Assembly: GCF_000172995.2 (NCBI RefSeq)
Contig: NC_014729.1
Span: 390,001 to 422,000 of the forward strand
Direction of reading: 5' to 3'
Origin: Halogeometricum borinquense DSM 11551
Lineage (GTDB): Archaea > Halobacteriota > Halobacteria > Halobacteriales > Haloferacaceae
DNA: 32,000 bases
Made by a program: the position numbers and the translations under genes. The notes below the pieces were generated by a model. That model was not told the DNA's origin. It was given only the letters and a program-made list of their open reading frames with translations, and made no database searches. Positions 1-7,256 of this stretch are shown here, piece after piece. The first letter of the stretch is position 1; every line of letters starts with the position of its first letter.

Positions 1-200
1 GATTCATTAACACCTGTTGAGACTGCGCTCTCTGCGAATACCACTTCGGTGTCTGCAGAGTGCGTCGTAAAAACGGGATGCTTCGGGGTCGTACGGAAGA
101 CAAAGCCTTCCGTGATGACGAGACATTCCGCGTCTCGAACCACTTGAACCTGAGGTGATTCACCGTACTCGACATCGTATTGGTGGCCTTGCTCAGGCAT
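1..200 (-). CDS. hypothetical protein; the C-terminal end runs off the left window edge. Visible N-terminus: MPEQGHQYDVEYGESPQVQVVRDAECLVITEGFVFRTTPKH...
   Basis: Hand translation of the minus strand from ATG (plus-strand cat at 198-200) stays open to position 1. It is absent from the ORF track because no stop lies in the window. It is on the same strand as the ankyrin gene and 122 nt downstream of it. No domain recognised. Confidence 0.3.
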   Translation of the reverse strand, partial: MPEQGHQYDVEYGESPQVQVVRDAECLVITEGFVFRTTPKHPVFTTHSADTEVVFAESAVSTGVNE

Positions 201-322
201 TTTCTCACCCCGTATTCGGTTTCCACATCGGTGTCTGTGGGTGTTCAACAGGATATGCGGTGATCGCCTTGTAGATACTGTCCGATGACTGGTATGAAGT
301 GTCTGTTTCTCAGTGGGAGCAT

Positions 323-796
323 TCAGTCAGTGAATATCTCAATGAGGGCTTGATCATCCCGGCGGCGGGCGATAGATCGGGGGGATTTTCCGGCGTCGTT
401 CTGATTCGCTGGATCTGCCCCGTGAGCAACAAGTGATTGAATTATGTCGTCTTTGGTCTCTTCGTTCACTACTGCACTCCATAACGGTTGATTACCGTAG
501 TCATCCGTTACTGTAACATCTGCTCCTTCACTAAGGAGAATCCTTACCATGTCTTCGTAACCCATCTCCAGCGCGTAATGGAGCGGTGTCTTCCCTTCTT
601 TACCTCTGTGGTTGATGTCGATATCTCGATCTATGAGTTCTTTCGCAAACTCATCTTGTCCATATGCTGCTGCGGCATGGAGCAGATTATCGCCGGACTC
701 GTCTAATGTATTTATATCGACGGTATTGATTAAATCCCGAAATTTCTCTTCATCGCCTTCTTCAATGCTGTAGAATAGGAGTGTCGTCTCATCCAT
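323..796 (-). CDS. ankyrin-repeat protein (157 aa); candidate immunity protein for the adjacent toxin
   Basis: ATG start. Clear ANK consensus repeats: GDNLLHAAAAYGQDEFAKELIDRDIDIN, GKTPLHYALEMGYEDMVRILLSEGADVT and GNQPLWSAV...IIQSLVAHGADPA. The start lies 2 nt after the stop of ORF 799..1662. Confidence 0.9.
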   Translation of the reverse strand: MDETTLLFYSIEEGDEEKFRDLINTVDINTLDESGDNLLHAAAAYGQDEFAKELIDRDIDINHRGKEGKTPLHYALEMGYEDMVRILLSEGADVTVTDDYGNQPLWSAVVNEETKDDIIQSLVAHGADPANQNDAGKSPRSIARRRDDQALIEIFTD

Positions 797-798
797 CG

Positions 799-1662
799 TT
801 ATTCATCTCCCTCGTACTTTCTACTGCGGTTGGCTTTTGGCTTTTCCGGCCGATAGTTATCCGGGTCCCGGTACCTGTTGAGAAATTCTTCTTTCGAAAT
901 TAGTCCGCTTATGTACTTTTGATGCAATTTACGGTATTCCCTCCGGGGCTTGTGTCCCATATCCCACTGTCCCTCACGTGGTTCGCCTCGATCCCATTCG
1001 AGCCGTTCACCGGTATTTGGATCATAAACGTTCCCGTCTTCGTCTTTTGCCTGTTCCCACACTGCTTCGACTTGTCCATCGGCGTAATCTGGCCGGTTGT
1101 TGGCATATGGTTTGTCCTTCTCCTCACCACTTCTCGGCTGTTTGTACCTCTCTTCTAATTCGCTGAATTTTCCCTTTTCATCACGCTTCTGCTTTTCCCA
1201 CTGTTTGATCCTTTGAACGTGTATTCCTGCATTCGCCATGCGATGCACGCCGATTTTCCCACCTTGCATCACGCGCTGGGCGGTTTCTTCGGCTTCCCGC
1301 TCTAAGCGTGGGTCAGGATCAATCTCTAACTCGCCCGCTTGGGGGAGCATCGACACCGCGCCACCCGTTTGCTGGCGCACGTGTGCTAACTCGTGGGCGA
1401 GAATATGCTGGCCTTCAGCACTCGATGGATCGTACTCGCCGTGGTTGAACGCGATGTGATTGCCGACGGTAAACGCGCGGGCGTTGATGTCTTCACAGGC
1501 TTTCGCGGCCGATGGACCCGTGTGAATACGCACGTCGCCGAGGGTGTCACCCATCCGATCTTCCATCGCGCGCTGAATTGAGGTATTGAGACGCTGGTCA
1601 GACAGCACTGAAATATTACGAGCCGTCTCGTTAGAAAAGGCTCGTCTGTTGAGTAAACGCAC
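799..1662 (-). CDS. DUF4157 (zincin-like HExxH) domain protein with a GH-E-like HNH/EndoVII nuclease C-terminus; N-terminally truncated paralogue of 7257..8510
   Basis: DUF4157 signature: IQRAMEDRMGDTLGDVRIHTGPSAAKACEDINARAFTVGNHIAFNHGEY...QHILAHELAHVRQQ. C-terminal motif: DPNTGERLEW..WDMGHKPRREYRKLHQKYISGLISKEEFLNRYRDPDNYRPEKPKANRSRKYE. The first codon at 1660-1662 is GTG, not ATG. The first ATG (1564-1566) would cut into the domain, so the start is uncertain. Confidence 0.8.
   Translation of the reverse strand: MRLLNRRAFSNETARNISVLSDQRLNTSIQRAMEDRMGDTLGDVRIHTGPSAAKACEDINARAFTVGNHIAFNHGEYDPSSAEGQHILAHELAHVRQQTGGAVSMLPQAGELEIDPDPRLEREAEETAQRVMQGGKIGVHRMANAGIHVQRIKQWEKQKRDEKGKFSELEERYKQPRSGEEKDKPYANNRPDYADGQVEAVWEQAKDEDGNVYDPNTGERLEWDRGEPREGQWDMGHKPRREYRKLHQKYISGLISKEEFLNRYRDPDNYRPEKPKANRSRKYEGDE
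1237..1576. repeat. 340-nt block homologous to 7701..8040 (copy 1)
   Basis: Hand alignment at a constant offset of 6464 nt gives 304/340 identical positions with no gaps. Identity falls to roughly half within about 30 nt beyond either end. Confidence 0.9.
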
Positions 1663-2593
1663 CGCTTTCGGGGTTGTGGAACTCCGGATAGAAGTCGATA
1701 TAGCTGTAGCAGTGGGCCGCCATGAACTGTCCTAATCCCAGCACACGGAACTCCTCGGGCGGAACGACGCCCATCTCGATAAACACATCTCGAATCTGGC
1801 ACCGAAGGTAGTGATCCATGAACGACTGGAAGTATTCCAGGCTCTCTAGCTCAATCGGGAGCAGTTCGATAACCGTATCCGGCTCTCTGGAGGTCGGTTC
1901 GAGATGGTCATCGGCGGCCACTAAGTCCGTCCCTTCGGGGTGTTTGACGTACAATTGGGACGTGTTGTCGATATAGACCGCGTCTGAGAGGTCGATCTGT
2001 TCCTCTATCGCCCGCGTGGCGAACTCACCCGTAAACTCACCCCACTGTTTGATCTCCTCCGTGGAAAGATCGGCTATCGCCACGTCAGCCGCTGACTCCG
2101 CGGTGATATCGAGGTCATGCTTGGCGGCGAGTTCGTCACCGAGGTCGGTTTCCAGCGGGTCAATCCCGAGATAGACGTTCTGCGCGTAAATCGGCGGGGT
2201 CGTTGCTTGCGGTGGGACGTCATAGACCGGCTCGGCGCTCCCGTCGGTTTCGGAGGAGAACTGCTGGTAGAGGTCACCGAAGTGCGTCTCGAACGTCTCC
2301 AAATCCATCTGGGCGATTGCCTGCCGGACCGCGTCGATTCTGACGGGATTCTCCGGAGCCGAGACCGTATCGTATCCCCGCTTCAGGTATACGTAGTACT
2401 TGGCGTACTTGCGGGCCTGATTGACGTATTCATTACCTTCGTCCGTCCGCTTTGAGGAGTCATCCGGGTACCCGTCCTGTTCGTGGTAGGTAATCTCGCC
2501 GCTCTCGTTCGTCTCGATCAAGTGCTCAACATCATTGTTATCGATGACACTGAGCCCAATCCGCTCAGATTCTCCCGTGATGATTGCGTCCAT
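1631..2593 (-). CDS. hypothetical acidic protein (320 aa), no recognised domain
   Basis: ATG start, long ORF, acidic halophile-like composition, and core-like GC (a spot count of one line gave 62%). Its 3' end overlaps the GTG-started toxin ORF by 32 nt. Confidence 0.6.
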   Translation of the reverse strand: MDAIITGESERIGLSVIDNNDVEHLIETNESGEITYHEQDGYPDDSSKRTDEGNEYVNQARKYAKYYVYLKRGYDTVSAPENPVRIDAVRQAIAQMDLETFETHFGDLYQQFSSETDGSAEPVYDVPPQATTPPIYAQNVYLGIDPLETDLGDELAAKHDLDITAESAADVAIADLSTEEIKQWGEFTGEFATRAIEEQIDLSDAVYIDNTSQLYVKHPEGTDLVAADDHLEPTSREPDTVIELLPIELESLEYFQSFMDHYLRCQIRDVFIEMGVVPPEEFRVLGLGQFMAAHCYSYIDFYPEFHNPESGAFTQQTSLF

Positions 2594-2727
2594 TTATCTC
2601 ACCTCCGACTCTTTGCGTCACCAGTTGAGTCTCCCGACCCAGTTCCAACGGTTGCATCTTTGGCGGCCTGCCTGATATCGTCGAGCTACGCGTCTGGTGA
2701 GTCCATTTTAGCGAGTTGGTTCGGGAG

Positions 2728-3138
2728 ATGATCCGACAGCAGACAGAATTCGACTGTGAGAAAAAACAAGTCCTTGGACGGTCAGGGAACCACTACGAGG
2801 TTGATGCTGTCCCGCTAATTAAGGGCCGACAGAATGAGCGATACCTTCATCTCATCAATATCAAAGACACCATCGTCGCCAATACCAACAACAGTACGTG
2901 GTACAACCGTGTTGATCGCGCCCATGCGCGGATGGACGAAGTGGTTGGGGACTTCCTCCCGAAGTCGCTCGTGTTAGGTGAATTCAGTGATGTCGGTGAC
3001 CGGTCATTCAGGGCTGAGTTTGCGTCAATTGGGGCCCGAATCATCGATATTGAGTCGTTCGGGACCTTGATCGAAGAAATCGAATTATTTGCAGACAATC
3101 CAGCCCTGTTTACTCAGCGTCCACCTATTGACAGATAG
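2728..3138 (+). CDS. hypothetical protein (136 aa); weak resemblance to a PD-(D/E)xK / restriction-endonuclease-like core
   Basis: The track ORF begins at TTG 2716 and the first ATG is at 2728. The motif GRSGNHYEVDAV ... LHLINIKD is reminiscent of nuclease-fold cores but not diagnostic. The 3' end overlaps the convergent ORF 3085..3639 by 54 nt. Confidence 0.4.
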   Translation: MIRQQTEFDCEKKQVLGRSGNHYEVDAVPLIKGRQNERYLHLINIKDTIVANTNNSTWYNRVDRAHARMDEVVGDFLPKSLVLGEFSDVGDRSFRAEFASIGARIIDIESFGTLIEEIELFADNPALFTQRPPIDR

Positions 3139-3639
3139 TCGCCCGTGAACATCCTGCACGCAGCGCGAAGTGGTTCTGAAGTCCCCGTCTGGGGCGGTCG
3201 CGAACGTGAGTGCCATATCGCGATCACACTGCATGATGTTAACCTCTAACAGCTCGTTTTGATACGTTTCGACCACGTAGACGGTCGTCTGACTTTCGTT
3301 CCAGTCGTCGACGAACTGCGTACTGTTGCCATCCGAGACTGTCGACACACGGTCCGAACATACCGGGTCGTGGAGAGTGACGTTAGTGTAGTTCGCCTCG
3401 GTCTGTAGTTCCTCTATCTCAACGAGCGTTTGATGTCCATCTCTTGTGGTAACGTCGAAGCGAAGTTTCTCAGGACTCTCTTGAGCACTTTGGAAGGCCG
3501 TGACCAAGTAGCTTGATTCTCGTTCGTTCTCGATAAGGATCTGTGTCTCATCGTCGGAGAGCAGTGTCGTGAAACCGACAACCAGTACGAGACTGGTCAA
3601 GAGACTGGTGAGAATCACTCGGCGTGAGGGCAGTTGCAT
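3085..3639 (-). CDS. secreted or membrane-anchored hypothetical protein with a Tat-like signal
   Basis: Internal ATG at 3637-3639 gives MQLPSRRVILTSLLTSLVLVVGFTTLL. This contains a twin-arginine-like SRRxxL motif followed by a hydrophobic helix. The remainder is acidic and Thr/Asn-rich. Confidence 0.55.
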   Translation of the reverse strand: MQLPSRRVILTSLLTSLVLVVGFTTLLSDDETQILIENERESSYLVTAFQSAQESPEKLRFDVTTRDGHQTLVEIEELQTEANYTNVTLHDPVCSDRVSTVSDGNSTQFVDDWNESQTTVYVVETYQNELLEVNIMQCDRDMALTFATAPDGDFRTTSRCVQDVHGRLSVNRWTLSKQGWIVCK

Positions 3640-3895
3640 CGGGTTAATTGCGTTCCCTCTCCCGGTATGCGTTTTGGGATGCAACGACGAAGCGACATAG
3701 TGAACTGAGACTCACTAGCGCACAGTTGCTGTCCTTGCACATAGGGAGAGAAACGTATATGAAATCCTGCCTAATCACGTCCAAGTCTGCTGAACGAGGG
3801 ACTCACTTACCGGCAGACTGCGTCGTCGGCCAGTGCTGAGGAGTCGTTAGCGGACGTCACTTATGTGTCAGTCTGAGTGACGGTAGGCTGGATGG

Positions 3896-4414
3896 TTAAC
3901 TACTATCATCTTCCAATACTGAGCGTGCCCGCTGGACGTAACTATTTGTGTCCCAACTTCGGGCGGTACTGATGTCGTCCAAGAGAGTACATGCCTCAGC
4001 GGGCATCAATTGTCCTGTTCGGACGAATACCGAAAGCAGTGTCGGCGTCGTCACAAGTCGTGTATCGACTAGTGACGCGTGAATCAGTCCCAGCGAGTTG
4101 AATTCATCACAGAGGAAGAGGGCGGCGTCGATATCGTTTGCGAGTGTCACGGCGGCGTTCTCGCCATCATCGAGTGGGAACTCAACATCCAAATCTACTG
4201 ACCGAACCAGCAGCTCGGCAGTCTGGTCAAGGACGACGGTTGCGGCGTGTCCATGCGCATCATCATACGAGGCAATCTCTCGGAGTTCTTCAATAACCAC
4301 CTTTGGGACGGACACATCATAGCCGGTGAGACAGCGTGAGAGGGGATTCGGGTCGGAGTCGGAAACGATGCCCAGACTCACGAGTGCGGATGTGTCTGCG
4401 ACTAGCGCTGCCAT
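3896..4414 (-). CDS. PIN-domain (VapC-like) protein, putative toxin
   Basis: N-terminal MAALVADTSALVSL (first PIN Asp), followed by VIEELRE, DDGENAAVTLA and LCDEFN acidic motifs in the usual PIN order. The ATG directly abuts the stop of the upstream RHH gene (TAG-ATG). Confidence 0.75.
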   Translation of the reverse strand: MAALVADTSALVSLGIVSDSDPNPLSRCLTGYDVSVPKVVIEELREIASYDDAHGHAATVVLDQTAELLVRSVDLDVEFPLDDGENAAVTLANDIDAALFLCDEFNSLGLIHASLVDTRLVTTPTLLSVFVRTGQLMPAEACTLLDDISTARSWDTNSYVQRARSVLEDDSS

Positions 4415-4717
4415 CTATACGTCGGCGACCTCGTCGACGAAACTGTCGTCCAACTGCTGTTTCAACACCCGGAGGTTTGCCGCCTCTTCGGCGCCGACGA
4501 GCGCTTTGAGTTGCTCGAACGTGATCTCGTCGTCGTAATAGGCGGCGGCAATCTCCTGGACGAGTGCGTCGTCGTGAGCGGCGTCTTGGAGGTATTCCCG
4601 AAGCGCGGTCACGAGGACGTCTGTTCGGTCTTCCCCGAGGACGGCGGCCAGTGCGTCGGCCCGGTCGATAAGCCGATTGGGGGCCCGAAACTGCACTCGC
4701 TTCTTATCTGTACTCAT
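4415..4717 (-). CDS. ribbon-helix-helix (CopG/VapB-like) antitoxin
   Basis: Starting at ATG 4715-4717 gives MSTDKKRVQFRAPNRLIDRADALAAVLGEDRTDVLVTALREYL, a typical RHH beta-strand plus two helices. The longer track ORF starts at a GTG (4777) and adds a non-acidic leader. Confidence 0.75.
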   Translation of the reverse strand: MSTDKKRVQFRAPNRLIDRADALAAVLGEDRTDVLVTALREYLQDAAHDDALVQEIAAAYYDDEITFEQLKALVGAEEAANLRVLKQQLDDSFVDEVADV

Positions 4718-4719
4718 GA

Positions 4720-4773
4720 TGTGTACAATGTGAGCCAGCACACTTAGTCGTTTTCGTGTGTACAATGTGAGCC
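4720..4773. promoter_or_regulatory. two exact 17-nt direct repeats (TGTGTACAATGTGAGCC), candidate operator of the RHH-PIN operon
   Basis: The copies are at 4720-4736 and 4757-4773, a 37-nt period. Each contains the palindrome TGTACA. The first copy begins 3 nt upstream of the antitoxin ATG. Confidence 0.5.
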
Positions 4774-4960
4774 TCACTAGGTCTCTATCGATTACTCGCT
4801 GCTCAACGCAGTCGATAGCGAGTCGTGTTCGTCAGCAAGGACTTCAACAAGACCAAAGAAACGGAGAGTCGGCGGTCCAATCACCGTGGAGCACTGGATG
4901 AATCACGTCCGGGTCCGCACCAGCCGAGTCGGTTTTGCACACGTCAATTCGTCGCCCGTG

Positions 4961-5000
4961 TGCAGTTTCACGGAAGCGACGATCTCTACGTGAAACTGCA
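4961..5000. repeat. perfect 12-bp inverted repeat with a 16-nt spacer (strong hairpin)
   Basis: TGCAGTTTCACG (4961-4972) pairs with CGTGAAACTGCA (4989-5000). It lies about 45 nt past the stop of the minus-strand ORF 5044..5433. Confidence 0.6.
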
Positions 5001-5043
5001 AGCATGTCAATTGCCGACAGCTACCTTCGGTGTAACCGCTTCC

Positions 5044-5433
5044 TTAGACTTCACGTGCCCACTCAAGTCCCTCGTCGAGAGTATCGAAGTCAGCAATTTC
5101 TGCCTGTGGAACCTTCATCCGAGATTTGACTGCCATTCCGGTGATTCCCTCTGCAACGAATCCAACCTTCTCAACACCAGCGTATTTGCAGTTGCCAGAC
5201 CACTCTTCAGCCATATACTCTTGTGTCTCCGCTGAGAGATTTGTCTTATCGCCAAAGATTGCTAAGGTAGCTGTAATATCTTCTTTACTCGCCCGTTCAC
5301 GATAATGCTGGCTGACTGCTTCTAGCGTTTCATCTGCGAATCCTGCCCAGCCGCGGATATCCCAGACACCGACATTATCGCGTTTTTGGAATTCCCATTC
5401 GTACTCGTCAGAATTCGGTAGTTTCGATCCCAT
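5044..5433 (-). CDS. hypothetical protein (129 aa); possibly a SpoIIAA/STAS-like fold
   Basis: Internal ATG at 5431-5433 gives MGSKLPNSDEYEWEF.... The N-terminal extension in the track ORF is Cys-rich, non-acidic and lies in AT-rich DNA. The C-terminal pattern GVEKVGFVAEG..MAVKSRMKV...IADFDTLDEGLEWA resembles DUF3478/STAS-like proteins only loosely. Confidence 0.5.
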   Translation of the reverse strand: MGSKLPNSDEYEWEFQKRDNVGVWDIRGWAGFADETLEAVSQHYRERASKEDITATLAIFGDKTNLSAETQEYMAEEWSGNCKYAGVEKVGFVAEGITGMAVKSRMKVPQAEIADFDTLDEGLEWAREV

Positions 5434-5692
5434 GATACATAGCGAGTTAATAACTAGATCCGAATATATCTGCCCGTACCTGCAGAGACAATCAGATATC
5501 GTAACCGTTCTATAATCCTTTCTGGTTATAGATTCAACATTTGTTGGGTGATTATTTACAGCGGTAGCGAGGCGAAAGCCCATCCCCTTAGGGGCAGAAG
5601 GAAGCCGACAACTGGGGACCTATCCACACTCGTAGCCACGCTGGGGTTGGATGTTTGCATAACAACACCCTCGTTGAGGGAAACCAAGCTAC

Positions 5693-6148
5693 TCAGTCAA
5701 CCTGTTCGTTGGCCCAGTTGTTTATGTAGTGTTGTTTCTTCTCCTGTCTGTGCCACAGCATTAGGATGTCCTCGTCAGCGTTCTCGTCTTCCCGGCTTGC
5801 GGCCCATTTGTTCGGGTCGAAGTCTGGTCTGTCCTGCCACCACGCATCATAGGTAGTGGTAAATGTATTACTGTTGTCATAGATTCGGAAACTGGTCTTT
5901 CCGTTCTCATAGTCATGGTTGTAGGTTACTTCTGTGCCCGGACTGTACAGGTCCCAAGTTGTCCCGTCGATTTGGACGAGTATCGTATTTTTTTCTGAAT
6001 CTGGATAGATAGCAACCCAGACACCGTCTACTTCGCTGCAAACACCCGAGATGTCTTGGTCTTCTATATCTGTGAATTCATCACCCACTCCCTCAGAGAG
6101 GTCGAACTGAGTGTATTCCACGAACCGGTCGAAGTTCCTCAGTTTCAT
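5693..6148 (-). CDS. hypothetical protein (151 aa), intact member of a tandem paralogue pair; candidate orphan immunity protein
   Basis: The track start at 6160 is TTG. The ATG at 6146-6148 gives MKLRNFDRFVEYTQFD, which aligns with MYLKQFNRRSEYTCFD of the neighbour. Shared motifs are WxAxYPD, TWDxY and TTYDAWW. Confidence 0.6.
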   Translation of the reverse strand: MKLRNFDRFVEYTQFDLSEGVGDEFTDIEDQDISGVCSEVDGVWVAIYPDSEKNTILVQIDGTTWDLYSPGTEVTYNHDYENGKTSFRIYDNSNTFTTTYDAWWQDRPDFDPNKWAASREDENADEDILMLWHRQEKKQHYINNWANEQVD

Positions 6149-6180
6149 TCTCACCGCCAACGATCACCTAGATGAATGCA

Positions 6181-6648
6181 CTACCGCTGTAGGGCTTCGG
6201 ACCACGGTTCGATCCAATTGTTCTTGTCCTCCTCATTAATCGAGAGGTATTTTATGTACCCGAAGAAGTCTTTCATCTCGTTGTCTTGTTCTTCGAAGGT
6301 GAGCCATTCACTTGGCTTTAGATGAGGGACTTCTTTCCACCAGGCATCATACGTCGTCTCGAAACTGTTGTCATTATCTTCGATTTTGAAGTAGGTCTTG
6401 TCCTGGTCGTACTTGTGCTCGTAGGTTATCTTACTGTCCTCGCCGTAGATATCCCAAGTAACTCAGTCAATGTGAACGATTAAACTCTCACCATCCGCAT
6501 CTGGGTATACAGCAATCCATCGGTTGTCTATGTTTTTACAGAACCCCGATGTCGCTTCGTCTTCGATTTCTTGAAACTCGCTAACGCTATCGTCCGAAGG
6601 ATCGAAACAGGTGTATTCCGACCGTCGGTTGAACTGTTTCAAGTACAT
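6181..6648 (-). pseudogene. paralogue of 5693..6148 interrupted by one in-frame TGA
   Basis: Hand translation continues in the same frame past TGA (plus-strand tca at 6463-6465): ...LIVHID*VTWDIYGEDSKITYEHKYDQDKTYFKIEDNDNSFETTYDAWWKEVPH...ALQR, with the final stop at 6181-6183. The stop sits where the paralogue has Gly (QIDGTTWD). Confidence 0.7.
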
Positions 6649-6737
6649 TTTATGAACTAGTCGGGTCCTGTCTGCTGTCCAGCGTCCGAACGACCATTAT
6701 AGAATATCGATCGACGCCCTCGTCGTGATCAAACTGC

Positions 6738-7250
6738 CTACTCGTCAACGTAGGGGTCCAACAGCTCCACCACGTCCGTTATCCCATGCTTTTTCACCCA
6801 CTCCAGCACAGATTCCCCGGACTCATCTGTCGCCGTCGGATCAGCACCGTGTTCAAGGAGCAGTTTCACGAACTTCCGATCACTTCGGCCCCTCGTAACC
6901 GCCACCGAGAGCGGACATCTCCCCTTGTTATCGAAGATATTCGGGTCAGCACCCGCCTCAAGCAATACCTCGGCTGTGTCATAGCTTTCAACTTCTATCG
7001 CATGAAGCAACGCTGTGTGACCTCCATTATTTTGAGCATCCAGATCGATCCCCCGATCAATCAGCTCCCTCGCTATTTCTGGACGATCTGCACCCGCGGC
7101 CTTATGCAAAAGGGTACTTCCATTGTCTGACCGATGAGTCAGGTCAGCGTCATCAATGAGCTCATCGAACTCCTCTGTATTGCCCTGGATAATCGCCGAT
7201 TCAATGTCGGTACTAATGTACAGATCGTCGGGTCCTTTGTCTTCACTCAT
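6738..7250 (-). CDS. ankyrin-repeat protein (170 aa); candidate immunity protein
   Basis: ANK repeats: GSTLLHKAAGADRPEIARELIDRGIDLD, GGHTALLHAIEVESYDTAEVLLEAGADPN, GRCPLSVAVTRGRSDRKFVKLLLEHGADPT and GESVLEW. The ATG lies 6 nt after the toxin stop. Confidence 0.9.
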   Translation of the reverse strand: MSEDKGPDDLYISTDIESAIIQGNTEEFDELIDDADLTHRSDNGSTLLHKAAGADRPEIARELIDRGIDLDAQNNGGHTALLHAIEVESYDTAEVLLEAGADPNIFDNKGRCPLSVAVTRGRSDRKFVKLLLEHGADPTATDESGESVLEWVKKHGITDVVELLDPYVDE

Positions 7251-7256
7251 AGTTTT

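Noticed and set aside
1386-1802. 138-aa minus-strand ORF overlapping both the toxin gene and the 320-aa gene in a third frame
   Set aside because: It is Arg/Ser/Pro-rich with no motifs, and it overlaps two ORFs that have better support.
4825-5235. 136-aa plus-strand ORF spanning the gap and the 3' end of ORF 5044..5433
   Set aside because: The translation is non-acidic and Cys/Arg/Phe-rich. It runs through the 12-bp hairpin and antisense to a better ORF.
6463-6465. In-frame TGA as selenocysteine or programmed readthrough
   Set aside because: The intact paralogue has Gly, not Cys, at this position. I saw no SECIS-like structure. Haloarchaea are not known to use Sec. A simple nonsense mutation is the economical reading.
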